A stretch of DNA of 64,000 bases, taken from positions 512,001-576,000 of the forward strand of contig CAVVTZ010000009.1 in the NCBI GenBank assembly GCA_963751275.1, written 5' to 3'. The DNA comes from an uncultured Gemmatimonadaceae bacterium. Lineage in GTDB: Bacteria > Gemmatimonadota > Gemmatimonadetes > Gemmatimonadales > Gemmatimonadaceae. Below are positions 10,896 through 21,519 of this stretch, piece after piece. A model generated the notes under the pieces. That model did no database searches, had not been told where the DNA came from, and saw only the letters and a list, made by a program, of their open reading frames with translations. A program made the position numbers and the translations under genes. Every line of letters begins with the position of its first letter. Within the stretch, counting starts at the first letter, position 1.

Positions 10896-11270
10896 ATGAT
10901 CGAGCGACACGTTCGCGCCATTCGCGGCGCCACCACGGTGAAGGAGGACACGGCCGCCGCCATCAACGCCGCGACCCAGACGCTCCTGCGCGAGATCGCC
11001 ACGCGCAACAACATCGCGCCAACCGATGTGATCAGCGCGCTCTTCACCGTCACCTCCGATCTGCGCAGCGAGTTCCCCGCGCGCGCCGCGCGCGAGCTCG
11101 GCTGGCTCGACGTACCGCTCCTCTGCACCGTGGAGATCCCCGTGCCCGGCGCGCTCCCGCGCTGCATCCGCGTGTTGTTGCACATCGAGACGCACCGTCC
11201 GCGCGGCGCCATCGAGCACGTCTATCTCGACGGCGCGCGCTCCCTCCGCCCCGATCTCCTCCGCGACTAG
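10896..11270 (+). CDS. aroH: AroH-type (Bacillus-like) chorismate mutase
   Basis: VRAIRGATTV, FTVTSDL, FPARAAR, LPRCIRVL, HVYL.GA..LRPD. Confidence 0.9.
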   Translation: MIERHVRAIRGATTVKEDTAAAINAATQTLLREIATRNNIAPTDVISALFTVTSDLRSEFPARAARELGWLDVPLLCTVEIPVPGALPRCIRVLLHIETHRPRGAIEHVYLDGARSLRPDLLRD

Positions 11271-11284
11271 CGCCGCCGCCGCGC

Positions 11285-12286
11285 TCACGGCTTCTTCGCG
11301 CGCGCGCGCCGCGCCAGGCGCACGGCCTCGGAATGCGCGCGCGAGTTCGACCGGAACTCGTGGTGCCCATCCGGCATCGCCACGAAGTAGAGGTACGGCA
11401 CCTTCGCCGGATACAACGCCGCCTCCAGGCTCGCGCGCCCCGGTGACGCGATCGGTCCCGGCGGCAGTCCCGGGTACTTGTACGTGTTGTACGGCGAATC
11501 CACGAGCAGGTCGCGGTAGTACAGCCGGTCGCGGTGCAGCCCCAGCGCGTACTGCACGGTGGGATCCGCCTGCAGCAGCATGTGCTTCTTCAGGCGGTTG
11601 AGATACACCGCCGCGATCACCGGCCGCTCCTCGGGCAGCACCGCCTCCTTCTCCACGATCGACGCCAGCGTCACGATCTGGTTCCGGCTCATGCCGAGCT
11701 CGACCAGGCGGTCGTTCCACGCCGGGTCCCAGACGCTCTCGAAGCGCCTGGTCATCTCGCGCACCGCCGTGCGCGGCGCGGTGCCATACCCGAAGATGTA
11801 CGTGTCCGGGAACAGATACCCCTCCAGTGTGGATGCGGGCACGTCGAGCTCGTTGCGCAGCGCGGTGTCGCGCACCGCGGCGTCCACGGAATCCTCCGGC
11901 GCGCCGAGCGCCTGCGCGAGCGCCGGCACGATCGCACTCAGCCCCCAGCCCTCGGGGATCGTCAGGCGGTTCTCGATCCCCTCGCCAACGCGCAGCGCGC
12001 GCACCAGCGCGGGCCAGCTGATGTCCGTGTGGATGGCGTAGTTGCCCGCCTTGATGTCCTTCGAGCCCCCGCTCATCCGCGCATACCAGCGGAAGAGGGT
12101 CGCCGAGGAGACCACGCCGTACTTCGCGAGCGAATCCGCGGTGGAGCGCAAGCTGGCGCCCGCCGGGATCGTCACGTGCGCCACCGGGCCCGTCAGTGGC
12201 CCGCTGCTGCACGCCGCTGCCGCGAGCATGCACGCGGCGCCGTAGGCCAGCGCGCGCCGCGCGCTACTCGGCGAGCCGGAGCGCAT
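11285..12286 (-). CDS. mltG: Endolytic transglycosylase MltG
   Basis: [44 protein letters not shown]. Confidence 0.92.
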   Translation of the reverse strand: MRSGSPSSARRALAYGAACMLAAAACSSGPLTGPVAHVTIPAGASLRSTADSLAKYGVVSSATLFRWYARMSGGSKDIKAGNYAIHTDISWPALVRALRVGEGIENRLTIPEGWGLSAIVPALAQALGAPEDSVDAAVRDTALRNELDVPASTLEGYLFPDTYIFGYGTAPRTAVREMTRRFESVWDPAWNDRLVELGMSRNQIVTLASIVEKEAVLPEERPVIAAVYLNRLKKHMLLQADPTVQYALGLHRDRLYYRDLLVDSPYNTYKYPGLPPGPIASPGRASLEAALYPAKVPYLYFVAMPDGHHEFRSNSRAHSEAVRLARRARAKKP

Positions 12287-12698
12287 GCTGAAGGAGGATG
12301 GTGGCGGCCAATGCATCCACGTCGCCTTTGCGTCCGCGCGTCGAGCCGCCCATCTCGCGCACCGTGCGCAGCGCCGCGGCCGTGGTGTATCGCTCATCCA
12401 CGAGCGCCACCGGCAGCCCGGTGCGCTTCTCGAGCTCGGCGGCGATCGCGCGAACCTCAGTGGCCCGCAGCGTGTCATCGCCGCGCTCATCCAGCGGCAG
12501 CCCGATCACGAACGCGCTCGCCTCGTGCGCCGCGGCGCGCCGCACCAGTTCGGCCACCGGCGCGCGCTTCCCCGCGCGGCGCACGATGTGCCCCAGCGGC
12601 GACGCGATCATGCGCATCGGATCGCTGAGCGCGAGTCCCACGCGCTTGTCGCCATAGTCGATCGCGAGGATCCGGCCCGGCTCGGTGGCCACGCTCAC
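12264..12698 (-). CDS. ruvX: RuvX/YqgF pre-16S rRNA nuclease
   Basis: [44 protein letters not shown] overlap with rho stop. Confidence 0.9.
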   Translation of the reverse strand: MSVATEPGRILAIDYGDKRVGLALSDPMRMIASPLGHIVRRAGKRAPVAELVRRAAAHEASAFVIGLPLDERGDDTLRATEVRAIAAELEKRTGLPVALVDERYTTAAALRTVREMGGSTRGRKGDVDALAATILLQHALRLAE

Positions 12699-13980
12699 GC
12701 CTCGTGCATCATGTCGAAGAATTCCTTGTTCGTCTTCTGGCGCGCCATCCGCTTGATGAGGAACTCGATCGCCTCGGCCTCCGGCCTGTCGCCGAGGAAA
12801 TTGCGGAGGAGGTACATGCGGTTCAGCTCTTTTTGGTCCAGCAGGAGTTCTTCCTTCCGCGTGCCCGAGCGGTTGATGTCGATCGCGGGATAGATCCGCC
12901 GCTCGGCGATCGCCGCGGTCGAGCACGAGCTCCATGTTGCCGGTGCCCTTGAACTCCTCGAAGATCACTTCGTCCATGCGCGATCCGGTCTCGATCAGCG
13001 CCGTGGCGACGATCGTGAGCGAGCCGCCGCCGTCGATGTTGCGCGCGCTGCCGAAGAACCGCTTCGGCTTCTGCATGCGCGCTGGAGTCCACGCCGCCCG
13101 AGAGGATCTTCCCGCCGTGCGGCATCACCGTGTTGTGCGCGCGCGCGAGGCGCGTGATCGAGTCGAGCAGGATCACCACGTCCTTGCCGTTCTCGACGAG
13201 CCGCTTCGCCTTCTCGATCACCATCTCGGCGACCTGCACGTGCCGGCTCGCGGGTTCGTCGAAGGTCGAGCTGATGACCTCGGCCTGCGGCACCTGCGCC
13301 TTGAAGTCGGTGACTTCCTCGGGCCGCTCGTCGATGAGCAGCACGATCAGCGTGACCTCGGGATGATTCTCGACGATCGCGTTCGCCATCTTCTGCAGCA
13401 GGATCGTCTTGCCGGCGCGCGGCGGCGCGACGATCAGGCCGCGCTGTCCCTTGCCGATGGGGGCGATGCAGGTCGATCACGCGCATCGAGAGATCGTCGT
13501 GCTTGCGATTCGAGACGCAGGCGGCGGTCGGGATAGCGCGGGCGCATCGTGTCGAACGTCGGGACGGACCTTCATCGTCTCCGGATCGGAACCGTTCACC
13601 GACTCGACCTTGAGCAGCGCGAGATAGCGCTCGCCCGGCTTCGGCGGCCGCACCTGGCCCTCGATCGTGTCGCCGGTGCGCAGGCCGAAGCGCTTGATCT
13701 GCGACGGGCTCACGTAGATGTCGTCCGGTCCGGCGAGGTAGCTCCAGTCGGGGCTGCGCAGGAAGCCGTAGCCCTCCGCGAGGATCTCGAGCGTGCCCTC
13801 GGCGCGCAGCATCGTATCCGTCTTGAGCAGCGCGTGCTCGATGCGAAGGATCAGGTCTTGCTTCCGAAGGCCCGAGACGCCGGCGATATTCAGGCCGGTG
13901 GCCATCGTCTGCAGATCGGGAACGGATTTGCGGCGGAGTTCAGCGATGTCCACGGCAGCGGGCGGGGGCGGGATCGTCAC
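12695..13980 (-). CDS. rho: Transcription termination factor Rho (frameshifted)
   Basis: [54 protein letters not shown]. Confidence 0.92.
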
Positions 13981-14100
13981 GGCGCGGGAACGGATGCACG
14001 CGGAGCGCGTGCGGCGCGGGACGGCGGGAGAGCGACGGGCGGGGGAGGGGCGGAGGGTGGCGCACGGCCAAGCTATGTCGGAGCCGATGGAGGGTCAATA

Positions 14101-15030
14101 GTGGACGAAGTCGAGATCGTGGAAGCGGAGCCTGAAGAAGAGTGGGAGTGGCAGCCGCCGCGCGAGCGCTGGTGGCTGCACGGATTGCTCTTCGCCATCA
14201 CGCTCCTCTCGATGACCGTCGCGGGGGTGACGATCGCCGGGCACGGCTTCGACTGGAGCGCGCTGTCGCCGGCGTCGCTGCGACTCGGGCTTTCGTTCTC
14301 GCTGCCGGTGGCCGCGATCCTGCTCGCGCACGAATCCGGGCACTACTTCGCGGCGCGCCGATATCGCGTGGATGCGAGCCCGCCGTATTTCATCCCGTTC
14401 TGGCCCGACTGGAACCTGCTCGGCACGCTGGGCGCGTTCATTCGGATCCGCTCGCCGATCTTCGACCGGCGCACGCTGTTCGACATCGGCATTGCGGGCC
14501 CGCTCGCGGGCATGGCGGTGGCGCTTCCGGTGCTCTTTCTCGGCGTGGCGCTGAGCACGCCCGCGATGATGGCGGGCCGTCCGCTCGCGGATCAGATCAT
14601 CGTGTGGGGCGGCACGCCGCTCTACTTCGGCGACTCGATCATCATGTCGGTGGCACGCGCGGTGGCGGGGGTGCATGGGACGCTGATGCTGCATCCGGTG
14701 GCGGTGGCCGGCTGGGTGGGCCTGCTCGTCACGTCGCTGAATTTGCTGCCGCTCGCGCAATTCGATGGCGGCCACATCCTGTACGCGATGAGCGGGCGCG
14801 CGCAGCGTCTCACCGCGATCTACGTGTGGATCTCGCTCCTGGGATTCGGATTCCTCTGGCCGGGCTGGTGGCTGTGGGCCGTGGTCGCGATGGCGGTGGG
14901 GCGGGGCAGACTGTCGCATCCCGAAGTGCTCGCGCCCGCGATCCCGCTCGATCGGAATCGGCTGATCCTCGGGTGGGTCGCGATCGCGATCTTCGTCATC
15001 ACCTTCGCGCCGATGCCGATCGCGGGGTAG
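14101..15030 (+). CDS. Site-2 protease (M50 family)
   Basis: HESGH, DIGIAGPLAG, LNLLP...DGGH; multiple TM segments. Confidence 0.88.
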   Translation: MDEVEIVEAEPEEEWEWQPPRERWWLHGLLFAITLLSMTVAGVTIAGHGFDWSALSPASLRLGLSFSLPVAAILLAHESGHYFAARRYRVDASPPYFIPFWPDWNLLGTLGAFIRIRSPIFDRRTLFDIGIAGPLAGMAVALPVLFLGVALSTPAMMAGRPLADQIIVWGGTPLYFGDSIIMSVARAVAGVHGTLMLHPVAVAGWVGLLVTSLNLLPLAQFDGGHILYAMSGRAQRLTAIYVWISLLGFGFLWPGWWLWAVVAMAVGRGRLSHPEVLAPAIPLDRNRLILGWVAIAIFVITFAPMPIAG

Positions 15031-15050
15031 AGCGGGCGTTCGACCTGGCG

Positions 15051-15641
15051 CTACTCTCCCTTCCGGCGCTGCTCCCTCCACATTTGCCCGCTGATCGATG
15101 TGACGGCGCTCGATTCCTCGGCGGTCAGATGGCGGAGTGGTTCCGCGGCCTTGTCGGGACTCTCCCTGTCCAGGTCGGGGAGTGTGATCACCCAATCGCG
15201 AAGAGTCGAATCGACGTCGAGATCATCGGGGTAGAACTTCAACGGTTTGTCCTTCGCCCGACTGGGCACGAGAAGAATCCACCGACCGGGGCCGGGGCCC
15301 TCGTCGCCACCGTCACCACCACCCGCGCGGAACCCCAAGATCTCGTCGCGCCGCAGCCGCCGGGGCTTCACGGGAAACGCGTCCCGAACCTCGATCGCAT
15401 CTTTGGTGAGAATCAGCTGCCACCGGGCCACATGCTGAAAGGTCCAGAACGCTCCCGCGAGGAGCAGCAGCCAAGTTCCTTCTAGTACTGCCAGTAGCGA
15501 GCCGCGGGGATGCTGGGTCTTCGAGAACAGAATGCCGGCTCCCAGGCCGATGACGAAGATGCTCGGCACCACTCGCAACACGATGCGGTTGGAGCGGCTC
15601 TGCCGGTACGTGTGCGGGGATGCGGCGGACTGAGATTCCAC
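15051..15641 (-). CDS. Hypothetical membrane protein (2 TM plus possible PH-like domain)
   Basis: Two hydrophobic segments followed by a soluble domain; start uncertain. Confidence 0.5.
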   Translation of the reverse strand: MESQSAASPHTYRQSRSNRIVLRVVPSIFVIGLGAGILFSKTQHPRGSLLAVLEGTWLLLLAGAFWTFQHVARWQLILTKDAIEVRDAFPVKPRRLRRDEILGFRAGGGDGGDEGPGPGRWILLVPSRAKDKPLKFYPDDLDVDSTLRDWVITLPDLDRESPDKAAEPLRHLTAEESSAVTSISGQMWREQRRKGE

Positions 15642-15739
15642 GATGCTGTCGACTCGGCGCGATGGAGTGTGACAGCATACGTAGGCCACGCTCTGCCGTC
15701 CAGCGCGGGCACGGTGCCGCGGCAATATGCGCGATGCAC

Positions 15740-15771
15740 GAAGCCCCGCCCGTTGTTCCGGGCGGGGCTTC
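15740..15771. terminator. Hairpin downstream of tRNA-Arg(CCG)
   Basis: gaagccccgcccg/cgggcggggcttc 13-bp stem. Confidence 0.6.
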
Positions 15772-15788
15772 TGATCTCGATCGCGGAG

Positions 15789-15862
15789 TGCGCGAGGAGG
15801 GATTCGAACCCTCGACCTTCGGCTCCGGAGGCCGACGCTCTATCCAGCTGAGCTACCCGCGC
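15789..15862 (-). tRNA. tRNA-Arg(CCG)
   Basis: Cloverleaf; anticodon arm TCGGC-CTCCGGA-GCCGA; GGTTCGAATCC. Confidence 0.93.
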
Positions 15863-15902
15863 TCAACGCTTACCCGGAGCGGTCCACTGCTCCGTTCACA
15901 TA

Positions 15903-15980
15903 TGGTCGGGGCGAGTGGATTTGAACCACCGACCTCCTGGTCCCGAACCAGGCGCGCTAACCGGACTGCGCCACGCCCCG
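15903..15980 (-). tRNA. tRNA-Pro(CGG)
   Basis: CGGGGCG acceptor, CCTGG-TTCGGGA-CCAGG, encoded CCA. Confidence 0.95.
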
Positions 15981-16013
15981 CCTGTGCCACCTCTCCATTC
16001 GATCGGTGGCGAA

Positions 16014-16090
16014 TGGTGCGCCCGGAGAGACTCGAACTCCCAACCTTCTGATCCGTAGTCAGATGCTCTATCCAATTGAGCTACGGGCGC
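16014..16090 (-). tRNA. tRNA-Arg(ACG)
   Basis: TCTGA-CTACGGA-TCAGA anticodon arm, encoded CCA. Confidence 0.95.
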
Positions 16091-16211
16091 CCGTCTGGAA
16101 CTTTCGATGTGCAAGCTACGACGGCGGCTGCGTCCGCATTGCAACGGACACACCCGCCGTTGGACTGCAAACTAGCGGCGCGCGAATGCGCGGTCAAGCG
16201 AAATTCACGCT

Positions 16212-16274
16212 CGGGAATCGGGAGTCGGGAATCGCCAGCGACGCAGGGAGTCGATTCCCGACTCCCGATTCCCG
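16212..16274. repeat. Inverted (GGGARTC)x3 heptamer repeat pair
   Basis: cgggaatcgggagtcgggaatcg ... cgattcccgactcccgattcccg. Confidence 0.8.
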
Positions 16275-16284
16275 GGGTCGTTCA

Positions 16285-16358
16285 TGGGCGGTACAAGACT
16301 CGAACTTGTGACCTCCACGATGTCAACGTGGCGCTCTAACCAACTGAGCTAACCGCCC
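16285..16358 (-). tRNA. tRNA-Val(GAC)
   Basis: CCACG-TTGACAT-CGTGG anticodon arm; GTTCGAGT T-loop. Confidence 0.95.
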
Positions 16359-16497
16359 GGCAGTTGTCTAAACGCTAACGACTAACGACTCCCTAACAAC
16401 TGACGACTTCCTAACGTCCAACCACCGGTGTTCGCTGCCCGGCCCGCCGACAACCCGCAGAACAAAACGGGTGTCCAATACGTAGTAAATGTAGCGA

Positions 16498-16570
16498 AGC
16501 GGGAAACGGGACTCGAACCCGCGACCCCAACCTTGGCAAGGTTGTGCTCTACCAACTGAGCTATTCCCGC
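16498..16570 (-). tRNA. tRNA-Gly(GCC)
   Basis: GCGGGAA acceptor; CAACC-TTGCCAA-GGTTG. Confidence 0.95.
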
Positions 16571-16624
16571 GTTGACGCCGTTCCCATGTGGGAGGAACGA
16601 GGCCCGAGATGCACGATCGGCCAG

Positions 16625-16697
<73 letters not shown>

Positions 16698-16926
16698 TGG
16701 AGACCACCCGGATTCCGCCGGGAACCTCTAAGGCTAGGTATGGGTATATGGTCTGTCAAGCAATCTCAAGATCCGACTCTGGCGGAATCGCCAAAAAAGT
16801 GTATGTTAGCACGGCTCTCCCGACCCGCGAGTCAGTTAGGGGTCCCGAGGCCACAGCTTCCGCCGATCGTGACAGTCCACCGTCACTATCTAAATAGATG
16901 CACCACCGCAAGTTGAGGTTCCCACA

Positions 16927-17814
16927 ATGACCGAAGTCAAGCGCCGCCGCCGTCGCACGACCCCCGCCGGGATCGCGCCGAACGAGCCTGATCGCGATAT
17001 CCTCGACCAGTACCTCTACGAAGTCTCCACCTACCCCCTCCTCAAGGGCACGGCGGAGTTCGACCTCGCCCGCAAGATCCGCGCGGGCGACCAGGAGGCC
17101 CTTCAGGAGCTCGTGAAGCGCAACCTCCGCTTCGTGATCTCGGTCGCCAAGAAGTACCAGAACCGCGGCCTTCCCCTCATCGATCTCATCGGCGAAGGGA
17201 ATGTCGGACTGCTCACCGCTGCGCGGAAATTCGACCCCGACCAGGGCGTCAAGTTCATCTCGTACGCGGTGTGGTGGATCCGCCAGGCGATCCTCTCGGC
17301 GCTCGCGCGCCAGGGCCGCACGGTCCGCGTTCCGCTCAACCGCACGGCCGACCTCTCGCGCATCATCAAGGCCTCCGAGATCCTGCGCCAGAAGCTGCGC
17401 CGTGAGCCGAGTCCCGAGGAGCTGGCCCAGCTCACCGGACTCAGCGTGGACGTCGTGCAGTCGCTCGCCGCACTGAACACCGGCGACGTGCGCCTGGATG
17501 CTCCGATGGATCCCGACGGCGATCGCTCGCTCATCGAGCGCTTCGTCGCCGACGAAGTCCCGGATCCGGAAGAGGAAGCGATGAACCGCTTCGTCACCGA
17601 CGAGATCGAGACCGCGCTGGGCACGCTGCCGGCGCGCGACGCGAAGGTCCTGCGTCTCTACTTCGGTCTCGACGGCGGCCGCGAGCACACGCTCGAAGAG
17701 ATCGGCGCGATGCTCGGCGTCACGCGCGAGCGTGTCCGCCAGCTCCGCGACCGCGCCCTCAAGCGCCTCCGCGAAGGCGACGTCGGCAAGGCACTCGGCT
17801 CCTTCGCGGCGTAG
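16927..17814 (+). CDS. RpoD/SigA-family sigma-70 factor lacking region 1.1
   Basis: NLRFVISVAKKY, DLIGEGNVGL, KFISYAVWWIRQAI, TLEEIG..GVTRERVRQ. Confidence 0.92.
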   Translation: MTEVKRRRRRTTPAGIAPNEPDRDILDQYLYEVSTYPLLKGTAEFDLARKIRAGDQEALQELVKRNLRFVISVAKKYQNRGLPLIDLIGEGNVGLLTAARKFDPDQGVKFISYAVWWIRQAILSALARQGRTVRVPLNRTADLSRIIKASEILRQKLRREPSPEELAQLTGLSVDVVQSLAALNTGDVRLDAPMDPDGDRSLIERFVADEVPDPEEEAMNRFVTDEIETALGTLPARDAKVLRLYFGLDGGREHTLEEIGAMLGVTRERVRQLRDRALKRLREGDVGKALGSFAA

Positions 17815-17838
17815 TTCTTCAGGAAGTAGGTAGTCAAG

Positions 17839-17875
17839 GCGGCGCGGGATCTCAGATCTCGCGCCGCTTCTTTTT
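17839..17875 (+). terminator. Intrinsic terminator
   Basis: gcggcgcgggatc/gatctcgcgccgc stem followed by ttcttttt. Confidence 0.75.
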
Positions 17876-17924
17876 CATCGCCCGGTCGCGGGTCGGCCGC
17901 GGCTCCGACGCCTACGCGCTTACA

Positions 17925-18230
17925 CGCTTCGAGCCTCGCGGCTGAACTGCGCCGCGAGTCTCTCGCTACGCGCGACGGCGCCTTCGCCGCACCCGCCCCG
18001 CTCGCCGACGATGTCCCTTGAACCGCACGCGGAGCCGCAGTTTGCCCGCGCCTCCTCCTCTCCGAAGAACAAGGTGCCGCGCGTCTCCTGGCGGAGCCGA
18101 AATCAAGGCGCGGCCGGCACTCCTCGTGAACGCGGTGCCTCTAGATCTCCCGGCGGGCGGCGCGCTCCCGAGCGCGGCCTCAGCGAAAAGCGAGAGACTC
18201 GCGGCGCCGTTAGCCGCGAGGCTCGAAGCG
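17925..18230. repeat. Inverted pair of ~43-bp REP-like palindromic units
   Basis: 17925-17943 pairs with 18212-18230 and 17949-17967 pairs with 18189-18207 (both 19/19); each arm is itself a hairpin. Confidence 0.8.
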
Positions 18231-18326
18231 GTTTGAGCGTCGGCCGCTGCGAGGGAGTGCGCCGCCCGCCGGACCCGCGCGATGCACCGATGCAGTTGTA
18301 GTTCCCCCGCCGCGCGCCGAAGGAGA

Positions 18327-19835
18327 TCAGTGCGACGTCGTATCCGATGACGCCGCCGGCGGCTTCTTCTTCGGATGGATCTTTCCATGCACGGTCCAGA
18401 TCAGGATCGTGCCGCACGCCGACTGCGATCCCTGGTACTGGATCGGCGTCGTCGTCGCGCTGTTGTACACCTCGATCGCCTCGACTTCGCTCGGCAGGAA
18501 CAGCTCGTCCGGGTTGTCATCGGCCGTCATGTTGTACTGCGTGCCGTCCACATACCACTGCGCCGATGAGCACGTCTGGTTCAAGCGGTTGGCCACCACG
18601 GTGTACTGCCCGTTGACGAACATCACCTTCATGCCGGGCGCCTGCCGGAAGATGTCGGTGATCGCGCCGTCATTCGCCGCATCGATCTGCTTCTTCGTGA
18701 AGTACGTGCCCAGTCCCGCCGCCTTCCGCTGATCGAACCCGGGGATGTCCGACGTCTCCTGCGCGCTCACCACGACCGGATCGAGCACCTGCGCGCGCGT
18801 ATCGAGGACCACGCTCAGGTGCGCCGCCTTCGCCGGCGTGAGATTCACGACGTACGTCTTCATCTGATAGGAGAGCAGCCGCACCTCCACCTTCTGCGTG
18901 CCGGCCGGCAGTCCGGTCATCTTGAAGTTCCCCTTGTAGTCGGCCTTCGCCGACCGCGACGTGCCCACCAGCAGCAGCTGCGCGCCCTCGAGCGGCTGTC
19001 CTTTTCCGTCGACGATGGAACCGGTGAGGACGCTCTTGCCGAGCGGCGCGTCCGGCGCCGCCGCCGCGCCGGCCACCGCTGCCGTGCCCGCGGCCGCACC
19101 CGTGCCCGGCGCCGGCGCGGCCGCCGCCGTTTGCGGCCGGTCGCCCACGAGGAATTCCTGCACCACGACGCCGTTCGGCTGGAGCAGGAGATCGATGAAG
19201 CCGCTCATCTTCGGCCGCTTGCGGGCTTGCGCGCGCAGCGGCAACTGCGCCGGCACGCCGCAGATCCGGTAGAGCCCGTTCGAATCGGCGAACACGCTCG
19301 CCGCCTGCGGCAGTCTCGAGATCGTGCTGTTGCCGATCGTCATCGCGGCCCATTGCACCACCACGAGCGCACCGGGCAGCGGCTTGTCGGCGTCGGCGTC
19401 ACGCACGTCGCCCATGATCAGCGTGCGATCGCCCCCGTTCGGGCTCGGCTGGCAGAACATGTCCACGATCGTCCGCCCCGACGGCACTGCGAGATCGACG
19501 ATCGCGGAGACGCCCTTCTCGAGCATCACGGAACGCGGCGGCGCGGCGATGCCGAGGGTATCGATCGCCGGATGGAAGAAGGAGAAGAGCCGGCGTCCGG
19601 TGCCGAGGCTGTCGAGGGGAATGCTGTAACGGCCCGCGCTGTCGCTCGTGGCGGTCAGCGTGATCCCCTCCACCACGATGGTCGCGCCGCGCAGCGGCCC
19701 GCCGTGCAGGCTGTCGTACACCGTGCCACTCACCGTCGGCGACGACGGAGCCGCGGCCGCGGCACCCGGACGCGCTTGCGCCGCCGCGCTGCCGGCGGCG
19801 GTCACGAGACACAGGAGCGGGATCAGTCGGCGCAT
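18327..19835 (-). CDS. Secreted protein with repeated carboxypeptidase-regulatory-like domains and a C-terminal TonB plug-like domain, no barrel
   Basis: Signal peptide; repeated VSG.V.D..PL.GA.V motifs; EVEAIEVY...CGTILIWT. Confidence 0.7.
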   Translation of the reverse strand: MRRLIPLLCLVTAAGSAAAQARPGAAAAAPSSPTVSGTVYDSLHGGPLRGATIVVEGITLTATSDSAGRYSIPLDSLGTGRRLFSFFHPAIDTLGIAAPPRSVMLEKGVSAIVDLAVPSGRTIVDMFCQPSPNGGDRTLIMGDVRDADADKPLPGALVVVQWAAMTIGNSTISRLPQAASVFADSNGLYRICGVPAQLPLRAQARKRPKMSGFIDLLLQPNGVVVQEFLVGDRPQTAAAAPAPGTGAAAGTAAVAGAAAAPDAPLGKSVLTGSIVDGKGQPLEGAQLLLVGTSRSAKADYKGNFKMTGLPAGTQKVEVRLLSYQMKTYVVNLTPAKAAHLSVVLDTRAQVLDPVVVSAQETSDIPGFDQRKAAGLGTYFTKKQIDAANDGAITDIFRQAPGMKVMFVNGQYTVVANRLNQTCSSAQWYVDGTQYNMTADDNPDELFLPSEVEAIEVYNSATTTPIQYQGSQSACGTILIWTVHGKIHPKKKPPAASSDTTSH

Positions 19836-19969
19836 GGGCGAAATCTCATGGCGGGGCCGTGCGATTGTCGAGGGGCGCTCACTCCGGCACGCCGCATCGC
19901 ATACGTACTACCCCGCTGCGGCGCTGGAGTGCGGTTTGCCGGGATGACGCCCGCGAGCCACATTGAGGG

Positions 19970-20746
19970 GTGATCGAATCTATCGGACGCGCGGTACGGC
20001 AGCAGGTCATGTCGCTGGGTCAGGTGGGCGAGTTCATCGCCGAGTCCGCCCGCGGGGTGCCGGAGTTCAAGACGTGGACGGTGAATGCCATGCAGCAGGC
20101 CCGCCGGCTCGGCGTCGACTCGATGCCGCTCGGCTTGCTCATCGCGGCCTTCACCGGCATCGTGCTGGCCCTCCTGGCGAATTACGCGCTCACCGGCGCC
20201 GTGCCGCTCTACTTCGTGGGCACGCTGCTCGAGAAGACCATCACGCTCGAACTCACGCCCGTGCTCACCGGCCTCGCGCTCGCCGGCCGCGTCGGCGCCA
20301 ACATCGCGGCGGAGATCGGTACGATGCGCGTCACCGAGCAGGTCGACGCGCTGGAGACGCTCGCCTACGATCCCTACGCCTATCTCGTGGTGCCTCGCGT
20401 GATCGCCGGCACCCTGATGTTCCCGATCGTCGTGGGCTGCGCCATGGTCGTCGCGATGATCGCCGGCTACATTGCGGCGCTCGGCATTGTGGGCCTCACC
20501 ACCGCCGAGTTCGAGCAGGGGGTGCGGCTGTTCTACGGGAATTTCGATGTGGCCTACGGGCTCGTGAAGTCGGCCAGCTTCGGATTCGCCGTGTCGCTCA
20601 TCGGCTGCATGGCGGGGTTCAAGGCGCGCGGCGGCGCGGAAGGGGTGGGGCGTGCCGCCACGAACGCCGTCGTCTACTCGGCCGTGATGATCCTGGTGCT
20701 CGACGCCTTCTGGGCGATGACTTGGCTGCAGGCGAGGTCCCATTGA
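19970..20746 (+). CDS. mlaE: MlaE family ABC permease
   Basis: ELTPVLTGLALAGRVGA.IAAEIGTMRVTEQVDAL, GAEGVGRA. Confidence 0.9.
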   Translation: MIESIGRAVRQQVMSLGQVGEFIAESARGVPEFKTWTVNAMQQARRLGVDSMPLGLLIAAFTGIVLALLANYALTGAVPLYFVGTLLEKTITLELTPVLTGLALAGRVGANIAAEIGTMRVTEQVDALETLAYDPYAYLVVPRVIAGTLMFPIVVGCAMVVAMIAGYIAALGIVGLTTAEFEQGVRLFYGNFDVAYGLVKSASFGFAVSLIGCMAGFKARGGAEGVGRAATNAVVYSAVMILVLDAFWAMTWLQARSH

Positions 20747-21519
20747 TCCGACTCGACAACATCTACAAGTCCTTCGGCGAGAAGAAGGTGCTGCAGGGAT
20801 TCTCGCTCGACGTGAATGAAGGGGAGACGGTGGCGCTCATCGGCTTCTCCGGGAGCGGGAAGTCGGTCACGATCAAGCACATCGTGGGCCTGCTCGATCC
20901 GGATTCCGGCACCGTGACCGTGGACGGACAGGACGTGCCGAACCTCCCGCGCAAGGAGCTCTACGCCCTGCGCTCGCACATTGGCTACGTCTTCCAGTTC
21001 GCGGCGCTCTTCGATTCGCTGAGCATCGGCGAGAACGTGGCGATGGGGCTCCGCAAGCAGGGGACGCTGACCGAGCCGGAGATCAAGCAGCGCGTGGGCG
21101 AGGCGCTCGCGCTGGTCGATCTGCCCGACACGCAGGAACGCTTCCCCGCCGAACTCTCGGGCGGCATGCGCAAACGCGTCGGCATCGCGCGCGGCATCGC
21201 GCTCCGCCCCAAGTACATCCTGTACGATGAGCCGACCACCGGCCTCGATCCGGTCACGAGCGCGGTGATCGATGAGCTGATGATCCGGATGCAGAAACAG
21301 CTGGGCGTCACCGGCGTGGTGATCACGCACGACATGCGCAGCGCCTACCGGGTGGCGTCGCGGATCGCGATGCTCTACGAGGGGAAGGTGCAGCAGGTGG
21401 GCACCGTGAAGGAGATCCAGGAGACGAAGGACCCGATCGTGCGCCAATTCATCGAAGGCCGCGCCAGCATCGACCAGGAGAACGCCGCGCGGACCGGAGT
21501 GCCCGGAGGAGCGAAATGA
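20743..21519 (+). CDS. mlaF: MlaF family ABC ATPase
   Basis: GFSGSGKS, LSGGMRKRV, ILYDEPTTGLDP; TTG start overlapping mlaE stop. Confidence 0.9.
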   Translation: MIRLDNIYKSFGEKKVLQGFSLDVNEGETVALIGFSGSGKSVTIKHIVGLLDPDSGTVTVDGQDVPNLPRKELYALRSHIGYVFQFAALFDSLSIGENVAMGLRKQGTLTEPEIKQRVGEALALVDLPDTQERFPAELSGGMRKRVGIARGIALRPKYILYDEPTTGLDPVTSAVIDELMIRMQKQLGVTGVVITHDMRSAYRVASRIAMLYEGKVQQVGTVKEIQETKDPIVRQFIEGRASIDQENAARTGVPGGAK

